A stretch of 64,000 nucleotides of DNA from a virus (Duplodnaviria; Caudoviricetes): positions 139,625 to 203,624 of the IMG/VR virus record IMGVR_UViG_3300044856_000241. The stretch is one strand, 5' to 3'. Below are positions 49,964-60,042 of this stretch, piece by piece (the first letter of the stretch is position 1; every line of letters starts with the position of its first letter). Below the pieces are notes generated by a model. It saw only the letters and a program-made list of their open reading frames with translations. It searched no databases and had not been told where the DNA came from. The translations under genes were made by a program, and so were the position numbers.

Positions 49964-50051
49964 TTTTATATAGTAACTAAAAACTATTTATTATTGTGGA
50001 GAGTGGTTATCCCACTCTCCTTTTATATAAGGAAGGAAAAGGATTTTATTT

Positions 50052-50588
50052 ATGCCAACAGCAAAAAAAATTGGAGAAGAAGAAGCAACTACAGTAAAAG
50101 TTGAAGAAAAGAAAAAAGCAAGAGTATTTAAACAGACAGATCCTATTTTATGTAGATCTGTAACTCCTGGATGGCTTGGTGTTTCTGGAAAATCAGGAAT
50201 GTATTATGTTTTTTCTAATTATGGAGATGAAGCAGAAATTGAATATGGTGATTTATTTGCTTTAAAAAACATGCATTCAAGATATTTATATGACCCATTA
50301 TTCATCATTGAAGATGAAGAACTGCTTGAGAATTCACGTTGGAAAGACTTATCTGAATTTTATACAGATAAAGTTTTTGGAATGGACGATATTAATCTTG
50401 TATTAAATAAGCCAAATACATCATTTAAATCTACTTTATTATCTCTTCCAAAAGGACTATTAAAAGCAGTTACTGTCGAAGTAGCAAAACGTATTGAGGA
50501 AGGTAGTTTTGATTCATTAAAGAAAATTAAAATTCTTGACGAAGTTTGTGGAACAGATTTCGGAAAAATGATCAATACTGCTGAATAG
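50052..50588 (+). CDS. hypothetical head-region protein
   Basis: ORF track. Confidence 0.7.
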   Translation: MPTAKKIGEEEATTVKVEEKKKARVFKQTDPILCRSVTPGWLGVSGKSGMYYVFSNYGDEAEIEYGDLFALKNMHSRYLYDPLFIIEDEELLENSRWKDLSEFYTDKVFGMDDINLVLNKPNTSFKSTLLSLPKGLLKAVTVEVAKRIEEGSFDSLKKIKILDEVCGTDFGKMINTAE

Positions 50589-50604
50589 TTAAAGGAGGTT
50601 ATAT

Positions 50605-51063
50605 ATGCCTTCTATAGAATATGAAGCAATTTATAAACGTGCTTTGGTGCGCATTGATGATATCGGATTAGCAAATTTCACCCAAGAAGATTTTTATGAT
50701 TATTTACGTGAATGGTTACATACAGCATCGTCAGAACCACTTTTCAGGAAAAAATTCTCATCATTTTCTTTAGATGATGAATTAATGCAATTGAATTTTA
50801 CATTGTCATATAGCGTTGATGATGATTATGATAAAAATTTTGTAACATCGTTGCTTGCTGAAGGTGTAATTATTAATTACATGCCATCAAAAATTGATTC
50901 TGATAAAAATTTAGCAGTTATGATTGGTAGCGACAAAGAGAAGAAACTAATTGGCAACTATTCTAAAAATATGGAAAGGCTCAACGACTTAAAACGTGAA
51001 TGGGAACGTAATATGACGAGACATTCATATTATTTCACCGAGTATGGTGGTTTAAATGGATAA
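50605..51063 (+). CDS. putative head-tail adaptor
   Basis: position; helical. Confidence 0.5.
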   Translation: MPSIEYEAIYKRALVRIDDIGLANFTQEDFYDYLREWLHTASSEPLFRKKFSSFSLDDELMQLNFTLSYSVDDDYDKNFVTSLLAEGVIINYMPSKIDSDKNLAVMIGSDKEKKLIGNYSKNMERLNDLKREWERNMTRHSYYFTEYGGLNG

Positions 51064-51403
51064 TATGCTCCAACACAAATACGGTGAATTTAAAAATTCT
51101 CAAGTTGAGTACTACAAGCAAAAATTCAGGAAAAAGATTTTCTGGCTAATCCTTTATACAGACAAGCGTACAAATCAAAATTATCAAAACATTGATGTAG
51201 AAGAATTCCACAAGAATTTAATTTTTGAAATTTCCAGTTGTAATGAATTACTTCTGTACCCTCAAAATTTTGTGGAAATTATTAATCGATTAGAGCAAGC
51301 ATTAAAAGTATTAGAATCAGATAAGTTTGATTTTAAGAAATATAAAAAATTAGTTTTTGATGCGGGAGCTTTAATCAAAACGGTGGAAGTAGGTGATAGA
51401 TAA
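51056..51403 (+). CDS. hypothetical protein
   Basis: coupled ORF. Confidence 0.65.
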   Translation: MDNMLQHKYGEFKNSQVEYYKQKFRKKIFWLILYTDKRTNQNYQNIDVEEFHKNLIFEISSCNELLLYPQNFVEIINRLEQALKVLESDKFDFKKYKKLVFDAGALIKTVEVGDR

Positions 51404-53010
51404 TGTCAACCTATAATCAATATAGACGGAAGTTTAATATTACTTCTGATAATCAATCTATCGTTACGCCTACTACTCTTGGTCAGAAATTAAAAGCAGA
51501 ATCTGATCAAATGATGGAACGAACTTTGGATGCCGATTTACAATCTAAAGTTTGTTACATTTATGATTATTACCATGATGACCAGCCTGATAAAAAAGAT
51601 CATATGACTTATGAATACACGACTAAAACACGTATTGATGCGAAGTTTTTTATGAAAACTCATCAGTCACTAGATAAGGATCAGACTGAGTATTACTTAC
51701 AATTCAAACCATCTCAGAAATTGGAATTCGTTCCTGGAGATGAGTTGTATTATTTTGAAACTGATTACCGAAGAAAATTTTGGAGTGAATTTCCGATAGG
51801 TATGTATTGCGATATTGCTAACGAAAAAGGAGTCTATGAGAAATGGATCGTTGTTGGTAAGGAAATTTCTAATCAGTTTACAAAATATTTTGTATTGCCG
51901 GTTGATTACCGTTTACAGTGGATTGAACGTTCCGGAAGGGCAAAAATAAAACGTCAAATGTGGGGAACCACAAGGAGCCAAAGTTCGTATAATGTGTGCG
52001 CTTCATATCGGAAACGGTATGTCGAAAGTTTTCTAATTGCTGGAAACTCTCAGTATGTTATCGGTACAGTAAAGTGTGACAATCTGATAACTGGAGACAA
52101 TCAGCAGCGAAGCTTCTTATTTAATAAGAAGAACGTTCAACGATCATGCGCCCAAGTGGGCTAATGGAAACCACCTAAGTCTTTTAAAAGATATGGTGTT
52201 GATATGCTCTGACCTTCATGGCGACATGGAGAAAATAAAATTATTACAATTTTATCTTTATTGAATTAACGACTCAATAAAGTAACAATCAAAAAAAATG
52301 ACACTATTGGTACGTATACAGATCGCTATATCACCAAACAAGATAATCAGCAAAAATTCAAACTTCCATTGAATCCGATTACCGAAAAACTTTGGTACAA
52401 CGATGATGTTAATAAAACTATGCGTATCATTTTAAGTGCTCCTACTGTACATCCACTTACGTGGTCATGTACAAAAATTGAAAACCTGAAACCAATCGGT
52501 ATTCAGGATTTGACGTTATATCAGAACCAATTCAATCCAAACAGAGATTACATCGAAAAAGATTCTTCCGGAAGAATTATTGGTATGTGGGCTGATTATT
52601 ACGATTATGACTCATCTACAGAACCAAAAACAGACCAAGATCCAGAAATTCCTGATACTGAAAAGCCTTTGCAGAAACCAGAGATTTTAACAGAGATTGA
52701 AGCCACATCTTCTGTTGTTAATGTTGGCGGAAGCTATAAGAATCTCACAGTTAAAATTTATGATGGTCAGAAGTCTGATATTACAGATATTACTGAGAAC
52801 TGTAAAGATGCTACATTTGTATGGTCATGCTCTATTAGTGATGAAAATTGGACTGACAAAGTAACATGGTATAAAACTGGTTATAACCAGATGAAACTTA
52901 AATTCCCTAATGACAGAACACAACTCGGCAAGCATTTATTTGTGAAGTGTGAAATCACATTAGGAGAAGAAACAATTGAAGCTACTACCATCTTTGGGTT
53001 AAAAATCTAG
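51403..53010 (+). CDS. putative head-completion protein, spliced join(51403..51988,52301..53010), 431 aa
   Basis: splicing restores the frame as RSQSSY-TIGTYTDRY. Confidence 0.75.
51989..52300 (+). mobile_element. group I intron, 312 nt, no homing endonuclease
   Basis: P AATTGCTGGAAA, Q AATCAGCAG, R GTTCAACGATCAT, S GATATGCTCT; U.G pair at the 5' site; terminal G at 52300. Confidence 0.88.
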
Positions 53011-53021
53011 GAGGTACGTAG

Positions 53022-53654
53022 ATGGAAATTAAAAATAAAAATGAATTATTGGATAAATTATCTTCGTACTCTCAAAATCCTGATGACGAGAATATTAGAT
53101 ATAAAGAATTGATTAAAAAGAAATTACTGAACTGCCCTGAACTTCTATATGCTCTGCATGAGCCAGATTTGGAGAAAGAATTATTCAACAAAGATGGAAC
53201 ATTGAATGTAGATGAAAATGGCGATCTTGCAGGAGAAGTCAGTAGATTTTTTGGAACAAATCAAAATATTAGACCGTATCTTTTTATTCCGGAAACACAG
53301 ACAGATGTTAAAAACATGGTGTGTTATCAAGTAAGTTTTGATAGTGTCGGAAGATATAATAATTTCCAAAAATATACATTGGTGACTTTTACAATATTTT
53401 GTCAAGAACAGGATATTGTTGATGAGCTTACTGGTATTCCACGACATGACCTTATTGCTTGTATCTTAAGAGATAAATTTAATTGGTCAAATATTTTTGG
53501 TATGCAGTCTAAACTTATTTCATCAAAAGAATCAATTGCAGATAATCATTATTTGGTTCGAACAATTGTATTTGAGATGATTGATCTAAATGGTACTGTT
53601 ACTACAGCTTATGGTGGGAAACCTGATTATACAAACTATCATTTAAGGCGGTGA
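53022..53654 (+). CDS. putative tail terminator/completion protein
   Basis: position before the tail tube gene. Confidence 0.5.
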   Translation: MEIKNKNELLDKLSSYSQNPDDENIRYKELIKKKLLNCPELLYALHEPDLEKELFNKDGTLNVDENGDLAGEVSRFFGTNQNIRPYLFIPETQTDVKNMVCYQVSFDSVGRYNNFQKYTLVTFTIFCQEQDIVDELTGIPRHDLIACILRDKFNWSNIFGMQSKLISSKESIADNHYLVRTIVFEMIDLNGTVTTAYGGKPDYTNYHLRR

Positions 53655-53655
53655 T

Positions 53656-54504
53656 GTGATGGCTGAAGTTACATCCGGAATGCTTGATGCGCTCCAATCC
53701 GCCGTAATTGAAGATGAGGCTAAAAAAGCCCAAGAAAAGAAAAAATATAAATTTGATAAATTGAAAATGTTTTTTGGAGAGGATTTTACAATTAATGGAA
53801 TCCGTATAGTGCAACCAACTATCGGGGATATTCTCGAACTTGGTGAGAAGAATTTTTACAATGCACTTTCTCCATTTACAAACAATTCTACTTCTATTCG
53901 TTTAATGCTTTGGACTGCCGGTATTGACTGGTGTAAAGTTGGAGATCTTGAAGTTTTTAATATCTTAATGACAATTCTAAAACAATCAGGAGATGATTAT
54001 AAGTCCACATTAAAATTAATATTCCCAGATATAGATGTTACACAATTTCAAATTGCACCATTAGAAAATACAAAAACGGGTGAATTTAAATATTGCTTGT
54101 ATCATCCATTTTTAAACATGATTCTTTCAGAAGAACAGTTTTCTGAAATATCTGGATATATTCGTGAGATGTTAAATGTTCATCCGAAAGTTGAAAAGGC
54201 AAAAGGTAAAATTGCTAAAAAGTGGATGATTGATGAGGACAGACAAAATTTACTTGCGAAACAGGCAAAAGACGAAGATTCTGATCTTCTACCGCTAGTA
54301 TCCTCATTAATTAATCATCCGGGCTTCAAATATAACTTAAAACAACTTAAAGAAGTAGGGATTGTACAATTCTACGATTCAATTCAAAGATTACAGATAT
54401 ATGAAGGCACACGAGCATTGCTGCAAGGTTCTTATTCTGGATTCTGTGATTTAAGCAAAGTAGATAAAAACAAATTCAATTTTATGAGAAGTTTAGATAC
54501 TTAG
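53656..54504 (+). CDS. conserved-type phage structural-region protein
   Basis: ORF track. Confidence 0.6.
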   Translation: MMAEVTSGMLDALQSAVIEDEAKKAQEKKKYKFDKLKMFFGEDFTINGIRIVQPTIGDILELGEKNFYNALSPFTNNSTSIRLMLWTAGIDWCKVGDLEVFNILMTILKQSGDDYKSTLKLIFPDIDVTQFQIAPLENTKTGEFKYCLYHPFLNMILSEEQFSEISGYIREMLNVHPKVEKAKGKIAKKWMIDEDRQNLLAKQAKDEDSDLLPLVSSLINHPGFKYNLKQLKEVGIVQFYDSIQRLQIYEGTRALLQGSYSGFCDLSKVDKNKFNFMRSLDT

Positions 54505-54562
54505 AACAGTAAATTGACTGTTCTTTTTTAATTTAAAAAACAATTTTAAGGAGGAATATATT

Positions 54563-55354
54563 ATGGCTTTCAAATTAGGAGACGTAATTATTGATCGTGC
54601 ACAGTTTGGTTATGGACAGACAAAAGCTGGTGTACCACTTTATGCATTAACACAGCTTAAAGAATTTTCTATTGAACTCACAGCTGATTCTACAGATATT
54701 ACTGATGCAAGAGGTAATCTTGTATACAGAAAATATACTGGTAAGAAAGGTGAAGTTACAGCTCAGAATGCATTCATGAACCTCGCTGTTATTTCTGCTA
54801 TCGCTGCTACAGATGCTGAAATTGCAACAGATGAGAATACAATTGTTATGCCTATTCTTACAACTGTAAAAGCTGGTGAAACACTTAATATTGAGGGATA
54901 TGTTAAAGATAGTGTTGTAGTATCCGGTATTTACAATGGTGCTCTTGGTACCCAGTACACATTAGCAGCAGCTGGTGCAGCAACAAAAACAGAGTTTGCT
55001 ATTTCTGATAATACTCTTACACCGCCTACTGCAGATGGTGAAACAGAATATTTTGTTAAATATATGAAGAATGTAAAATCTGGTGCAAAAATAACTATTA
55101 ACGGAAAAGATTATCCAAAAGCTCATGAATTATTCGTAAAAGCTCTTGCAGTGGATCCATGTGACAAAGGAAACTTCCGTGCTGCAGTTATCCATATTTC
55201 TGATTTTATGCCATCTCCAGAAGTAACACTTGCACTTACTGGTGGTGATTCTCAGACTATGGATTACAAAGGATCTATCTTAACAGATACATGTTCTACA
55301 AATCAGGTAATGGTTGAAGTATACTTCATTGACGAAGTAGAGGAAGATGCCTAA
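54563..55354 (+). CDS. major tail tube protein
   Basis: strong RBS, codon style, position. Confidence 0.7.
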   Translation: MAFKLGDVIIDRAQFGYGQTKAGVPLYALTQLKEFSIELTADSTDITDARGNLVYRKYTGKKGEVTAQNAFMNLAVISAIAATDAEIATDENTIVMPILTTVKAGETLNIEGYVKDSVVVSGIYNGALGTQYTLAAAGAATKTEFAISDNTLTPPTADGETEYFVKYMKNVKSGAKITINGKDYPKAHELFVKALAVDPCDKGNFRAAVIHISDFMPSPEVTLALTGGDSQTMDYKGSILTDTCSTNQVMVEVYFIDEVEEDA

Positions 55355-55415
55355 TCATAATTAATAAGTGGTGGGGCTTAATGCTCCACCATATGTTTTA
55401 GACGGAGGTGTTTTC

Positions 55416-55793
55416 TTGAAAGAAAATAAAATTTGTGCAGTTTGTCATAGTAAATATTTATACTGTCCAGTCTGCAAAAAAGATGAAGATAAACCAACAT
55501 GGATGTTTGTTTTTTGTTCAGAAAATTGTCATGATATTTACGAAACAACTTCTGCTTATGGAAGAAAAGAAATGACGACCAAAGAAGCAAAAGATAAATT
55601 AGATAGGTTGGATTTATCAAAACTAGATAATTTTGGAGAGAGCTATAAAAATATTATCTCTGAAATTAATGAAGCAACAAAAGTTGTAAAAGAGAAAAAA
55701 GTAGCAAAAGCTACTAATATTAATAAAAAGGAAGGTATTTTGGAAGATGTTCCCACTGTAAAAGAAGAAGGTGGAAATCTTGACATTGAATAG
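55416..55793 (+). CDS. Cys-rich metal-binding protein
   Basis: CAVC, CPVC, CSENC. Confidence 0.7.
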   Translation: MKENKICAVCHSKYLYCPVCKKDEDKPTWMFVFCSENCHDIYETTSAYGRKEMTTKEAKDKLDRLDLSKLDNFGESYKNIISEINEATKVVKEKKVAKATNINKKEGILEDVPTVKEEGGNLDIE

Positions 55794-55886
55794 TATTTTT
55801 TATAGATAGGGGTATGACATTACTATTCAATGTTATACCCCTATTTTTTACGTTTTCCAAATTGCCTGAGAAAAAGGAATAAAAGG

Positions 55887-56108
55887 ATGATAATTAAAAC
55901 AAATTTAACTCCGAAAAATTATTCGGAGAAAGATGTTATTCGCATTTTTAATAGAGATCAACAAACGTTTTATGTCGATTCAAATGTGTATCCGATTGAT
56001 CTATATACAAGTTATAATCCAAAGAATGATAAGAAAATTATTGTAATGATTTTCGAAAAAGAAGATACACAAGAAGTTTATAAGAAATGGCGTAATTATG
56101 AAACATGA
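55887..56108 (+). CDS. hypothetical protein
   Basis: AAGGA RBS. Confidence 0.6.
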   Translation: MIIKTNLTPKNYSEKDVIRIFNRDQQTFYVDSNVYPIDLYTSYNPKNDKKIIVMIFEKEDTQEVYKKWRNYET

Positions 56109-57222
56109 AAATCTATACTTAGATAATGCAGCTACTACTCCACTATCGGCACAGGTAAGACAATCTGTTATTTCTATGTTGGATAATTTTCATAATCCAT
56201 CATCTGTATATCAGTCAGGTAGAGATGTAAAAAAAATCATTGAAAGTTCCAGAGACAATGTAGCCAAATTTATTAATACAGATTCAGATGATATCTATTT
56301 TACATCCGGAGGTTCTGCATCAAATACTTTGGCAATTAGAGGATATTTACATCTGACAAGACCAGAGACATGCGTTTTCTACTCTCCTATCGTACATAAA
56401 TCAATTATCAAATGTATTGATGACTTGTCAAATAGAAGTTTTAAAATTCCTATCAATGAAAATGGTTCATTCGATTTAAATAAACTGGGTAATATATTGC
56501 CATTCTATAAACATTCATTGGTTGTTGTTGATTATGCGAACTCAGAAATTGGAACAATTCAGGATATCAAGACTCTATCTGACATAACCCACGAATGTAA
56601 ATCTATACTGTATGTTGATTGTACAGGTTCTATCCCAACAATTCAATTAAATGTAAAAGAATTAAATATTGATATGGCTGGATTCTCAGCGCATAAATTA
56701 GGAGCACTAAAAGGATGTGGAGTTTTATACAAATCTCCAAACATTGAATTAGAACCGTTAATTTATGGTAGCCAGGAATCTGGCTTGTTTGGTGGAACTG
56801 AAAATGTACTAGGTATTGTTGCTCTTGGAACGGCAGTTGAGAATTATGGCTATTCATCTCTCACTTCTTATTCAAGAGATTATGTACTGAATTATATGGA
56901 AGAAAATATATCAAATTTTTATCTTGTTGGATCTAAAGATAACCGGTTGATTAATAATCTATATTTATGCATTAAAGGTGTTAACGGGAATCAATTAATG
57001 GCAATGCTAGACATGGATGGCATTCAGATATCCACTGGTTCTGCTTGTAATAATTATTCTCCAGAACCGTCCACTGTATTAACAGAAATTGGAATTGACC
57101 AGGCTGACTTACAAAGCTGTATTAGAATTACTTTCTCATGTCATGAAACGCAAGATCAGTTAAAGTATTTATGTCAAAGATTAAAACAAAATATAGATTT
57201 TCTACGAAATGTGAATGAATAA
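56098..57222 (+). CDS. cysteine desulfurase (IscS/NifS family)
   Basis: YLDNAATT, FTSGG, NSEIG, SAHK (PLP Lys), STGSAC (catalytic Cys). Confidence 0.92.
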   Translation: MKHENLYLDNAATTPLSAQVRQSVISMLDNFHNPSSVYQSGRDVKKIIESSRDNVAKFINTDSDDIYFTSGGSASNTLAIRGYLHLTRPETCVFYSPIVHKSIIKCIDDLSNRSFKIPINENGSFDLNKLGNILPFYKHSLVVVDYANSEIGTIQDIKTLSDITHECKSILYVDCTGSIPTIQLNVKELNIDMAGFSAHKLGALKGCGVLYKSPNIELEPLIYGSQESGLFGGTENVLGIVALGTAVENYGYSSLTSYSRDYVLNYMEENISNFYLVGSKDNRLINNLYLCIKGVNGNQLMAMLDMDGIQISTGSACNNYSPEPSTVLTEIGIDQADLQSCIRITFSCHETQDQLKYLCQRLKQNIDFLRNVNE

Positions 57223-57227
57223 AAGGA

Positions 57228-57743
57228 TTGGTAAAAATGATTAAAAAAAATAAAACTGCTGTTCAGGATACTAATCAGATAAAAATTCAGAACAAGCAGA
57301 AGAAAAAAATAAAAAAACCACGTACATCAAAAATTATCATGTGGCTGTTTATTGCATTATTCATCTATGTAATTTATCAAGGAGTCCAGTTTAATTTCTC
57401 CGGGACGAGTTATACAGATACTGCAATTTTCTGTGCATGTATAACTGCTGTTGGAGGTATTGTTGGAGCAATTGTAACTAAATATTACAATAATTCTAAC
57501 GCTGAAAATATCCCACGGATTCAGATGAATCTGTATAAAGAATCAATGAAAATTAGACTTGATTATAATGAAAAGATGATGAAATTAAAGAAGCAATATT
57601 CCATGACAGACAGTGACGTATATGATATTGAGAACCAGTCTAATATGGATGAGGTTTCGGATAATATTCTAAATACCGCAATTTCTGAATTGGATAATAA
57701 AGCAGCTCAATCACATGAAGATGTCAACGTGAATAGTTATTAA
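57228..57743 (+). CDS. two-TM membrane protein
   Basis: two hydrophobic helices. Confidence 0.65.
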   Translation: MVKMIKKNKTAVQDTNQIKIQNKQKKKIKKPRTSKIIMWLFIALFIYVIYQGVQFNFSGTSYTDTAIFCACITAVGGIVGAIVTKYYNNSNAENIPRIQMNLYKESMKIRLDYNEKMMKLKKQYSMTDSDVYDIENQSNMDEVSDNILNTAISELDNKAAQSHEDVNVNSY

Positions 57744-57754
57744 GGGGGTTCACT

Positions 57755-58063
57755 ATGACTGTTGAATTATTTATCTTATTATTAATGATTGCTTCAATTG
57801 CTACTCCAGTTGGTATTGAATGCGTGAAGAAATTTTTAGATGCTATCGGAGCTACATATAAAAGTGTACCGCTTGCAATTATCGTTGCGATTGCAGTAGG
57901 TTTTGCTGAAATGTTTGTATATTATAGTACAAATGGTATGGCAATTACAGTCTATACAATTATATATGCTGCATGTCTTGGTTTTGCGAATGCGGTAGGT
58001 GCAACCACTTCTTACGATCTTGTTAAAAAATTTATCAATGCATTATTTGGCAAAGATAAGTAG
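57755..58063 (+). CDS. holin-like protein
   Basis: 102 aa, three TM helices, basic C-terminus. Confidence 0.6.
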   Translation: MTVELFILLLMIASIATPVGIECVKKFLDAIGATYKSVPLAIIVAIAVGFAEMFVYYSTNGMAITVYTIIYAACLGFANAVGATTSYDLVKKFINALFGKDK

Positions 58064-58083
58064 GAAGGTTGGGTACTGCATGA

Positions 58084-58566
58084 ATGTCAAATATACAAGC
58101 TCTTACAGATATTAATTATGTTACCGTTTTTCTTGGTGTTATTATAATACTTTTTGCAATAAAAGAAATTATTGAGTTAATTACTTATTTCAAAAAGAAG
58201 TTTCGAATTACTACGGGTATAGAAGAAGACAAAGCTGAAGAAGAAAAACGTATCAAAACTTTAGAAGCCCATGATAGATGGCAATATAATGAAATACAAA
58301 AAATTGAAGATATTTTGAAAGATATCCAAAAAAATTTTGTTGATGACAGAATTAACACACTCAGATGGCGTATTTTAGATTTTAGTTCTGGACTTTCAGG
58401 TGGGAGAAAATATAACAAAGAAGCGTTCGAACAGGTAATTAAAATGGATGAAAAATATGAAGCAATTTTAACTAAGTACAAAAAAACAAATGATGTCATT
58501 AATGAGAGTATGAAATTTATTAAAGACAAATATCAAGAAAAACTACGTAATGGAGAGTTTGATTAA
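58084..58566 (+). CDS. single-TM coiled-coil protein (holin-associated type)
   Basis: N-terminal TM; LRWRILDFS. Confidence 0.6.
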   Translation: MSNIQALTDINYVTVFLGVIIILFAIKEIIELITYFKKKFRITTGIEEDKAEEEKRIKTLEAHDRWQYNEIQKIEDILKDIQKNFVDDRINTLRWRILDFSSGLSGGRKYNKEAFEQVIKMDEKYEAILTKYKKTNDVINESMKFIKDKYQEKLRNGEFD

Positions 58567-58749
58567 TACTCATAAGATATTATTATACATCTTTTTCATA
58601 TAGTCATCAACGTGTTTTTCTATACAAATAGTTAAATATAATAAATTCTTGGTACGTACACGGACATGTATTATTGGTAAAATATTCTTATAATAAATGT
58701 CAGTAACATACAAATACTACTGTTATCTCAATATAGGAGTATTTGTTAT

Positions 58750-58953
58750 ATGAAAGTTGTAAATCAGCTAGGATATATTAGAAGCACAGTCAGGGAGTAT
58801 TCGCAGGAACAATTGGCTCGGATCAGCGGCGTTAGTCGTCATACAATCAGTGAGATTGAACTGGATAAGCGAGTACCGGAATTGAGGACTGCTTTATTAC
58901 TTGCTCGTGCACTAAGATGTCCTGTTGAAGACATATTTTTCTTAAAGGAGTAA
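58750..58953 (+). CDS. Xre-family HTH regulator
   Basis: SQEQLARISGVSRHTISEIE...VEDIF. Confidence 0.9.
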   Translation: MKVVNQLGYIRSTVREYSQEQLARISGVSRHTISEIELDKRVPELRTALLLARALRCPVEDIFFLKE

Positions 58954-58958
58954 AAGGA

Positions 58959-59129
58959 ATGAAGATGTATTTTAATTTGATTTGTGAAGAAATCGGAATG
59001 ACAGGCGGAAAGGTTATTCATTATGATCATAATTATGGGAATATGGATGACGTACATAAAGCTGTCTGTGAGAATATTGAAAAATACCCTAATGGGAAAT
59101 GGGAATTATATCCTATGATTTGTGAATAA
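58959..59129 (+). CDS. 56-aa hypothetical protein (not in ORF track)
   Basis: MKMYFNLICEEIG...WELYPMICE; AAGGAG RBS. Confidence 0.55.
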   Translation: MKMYFNLICEEIGMTGGKVIHYDHNYGNMDDVHKAVCENIEKYPNGKWELYPMICE

Positions 59130-59156
59130 CTGAATAATTGTTTTTGAAAAGTAAAA

Positions 59157-59272
59157 AATGTACTCACCTCTCCCACGAATAGACGTGTCTTTTTATGAGA
59201 GTGTTGACCAAAATCCAGAAATCACCAAGAACTTTCTTTTGAATTTACAGATATAAGAGCGGTGAGTACATT
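59157..59272 (-). ncRNA. candidate small RNA closed by a 12-bp stem
   Basis: AATGTACTCACC/GGTGAGTACATT; TATAAT just upstream; U-run downstream. Confidence 0.5.
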
Positions 59273-59399
59273 CGAAAATTATATTATTTAAAAGAGTCTT
59301 TACCAGATATTATCTAGTTATCTGGTAAGGGCTTTTTTTGATTGCAGAAAACATGCGACTAGAGTGTTTTCTGCGCCCTATTATATAAGGAAGGAACTG

Positions 59400-59852
59400 A
59401 TTAAAATAGTTAAATTAATTTTAGATATGGATGTTGTAAATAGCTACAATGAACACTATTTCAAACAACATCCGAAAGCAAAAAAGAAACCAATAGAACA
59501 TCCTTACCACCCATCTTTAAATGTTTATTGTATTAAACCACGTATTCAGATGAATGCAATGAAACAACAATGGAAAGATTTCATAATTTTTTGGATCAAA
59601 GAATTGGGATACGAGAACAAAAAATTAGATGATGTAAAAATTGTATATGATATATACCATCCTACTAAGAGAAGAACAGATCCGGATAATTTCACTCCGA
59701 AATTTATCCATGATGGATTTGTTGAAGCTGGGTTTTTAGTGGATGATGACAGAAATCACTTACATAGTCTTACAATTAGATGTCATGTGGATAAAGAAAA
59801 TCCACGGACAGAAATTAGTATATACATGGGCGATGAGCATGTACAGTTATGA
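59400..59852 (+). CDS. rusA: RusA-family Holliday junction resolvase (probable ATT/ATA start)
   Basis: PSLN, RRTDPDNF..K...DG...DD. Confidence 0.8.
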   Translation: MKIVKLILDMDVVNSYNEHYFKQHPKAKKKPIEHPYHPSLNVYCIKPRIQMNAMKQQWKDFIIFWIKELGYENKKLDDVKIVYDIYHPTKRRTDPDNFTPKFIHDGFVEAGFLVDDDRNHLHSLTIRCHVDKENPRTEISIYMGDEHVQL

Positions 59853-60042
59853 AATTGATCAAATACTGAAAGGGAATAAATATTATATACCGTCTACCAC
59901 ATATGAAACTGTTCTTTCATCGCCACAAATAGACCACGTAAAATATAGTCCATATGGCGATGTCTATGAAATTTGGACGAGTGATGGATGGTATTGGAAA
60001 TTTAAGATATATTTGGAGGAAACGGATTATGTTACAATTTAA
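59839..60042 (+). CDS. hypothetical protein
   Basis: coupled ORF. Confidence 0.55.
   Translation: MYSYEIDQILKGNKYYIPSTTYETVLSSPQIDHVKYSPYGDVYEIWTSDGWYWKFKIYLEETDYVTI

Noticed and set aside
51989-52368. Two separate genes, 51403-52164 and 52369-53010
   Set aside because: Explained by one gene interrupted by a group I intron
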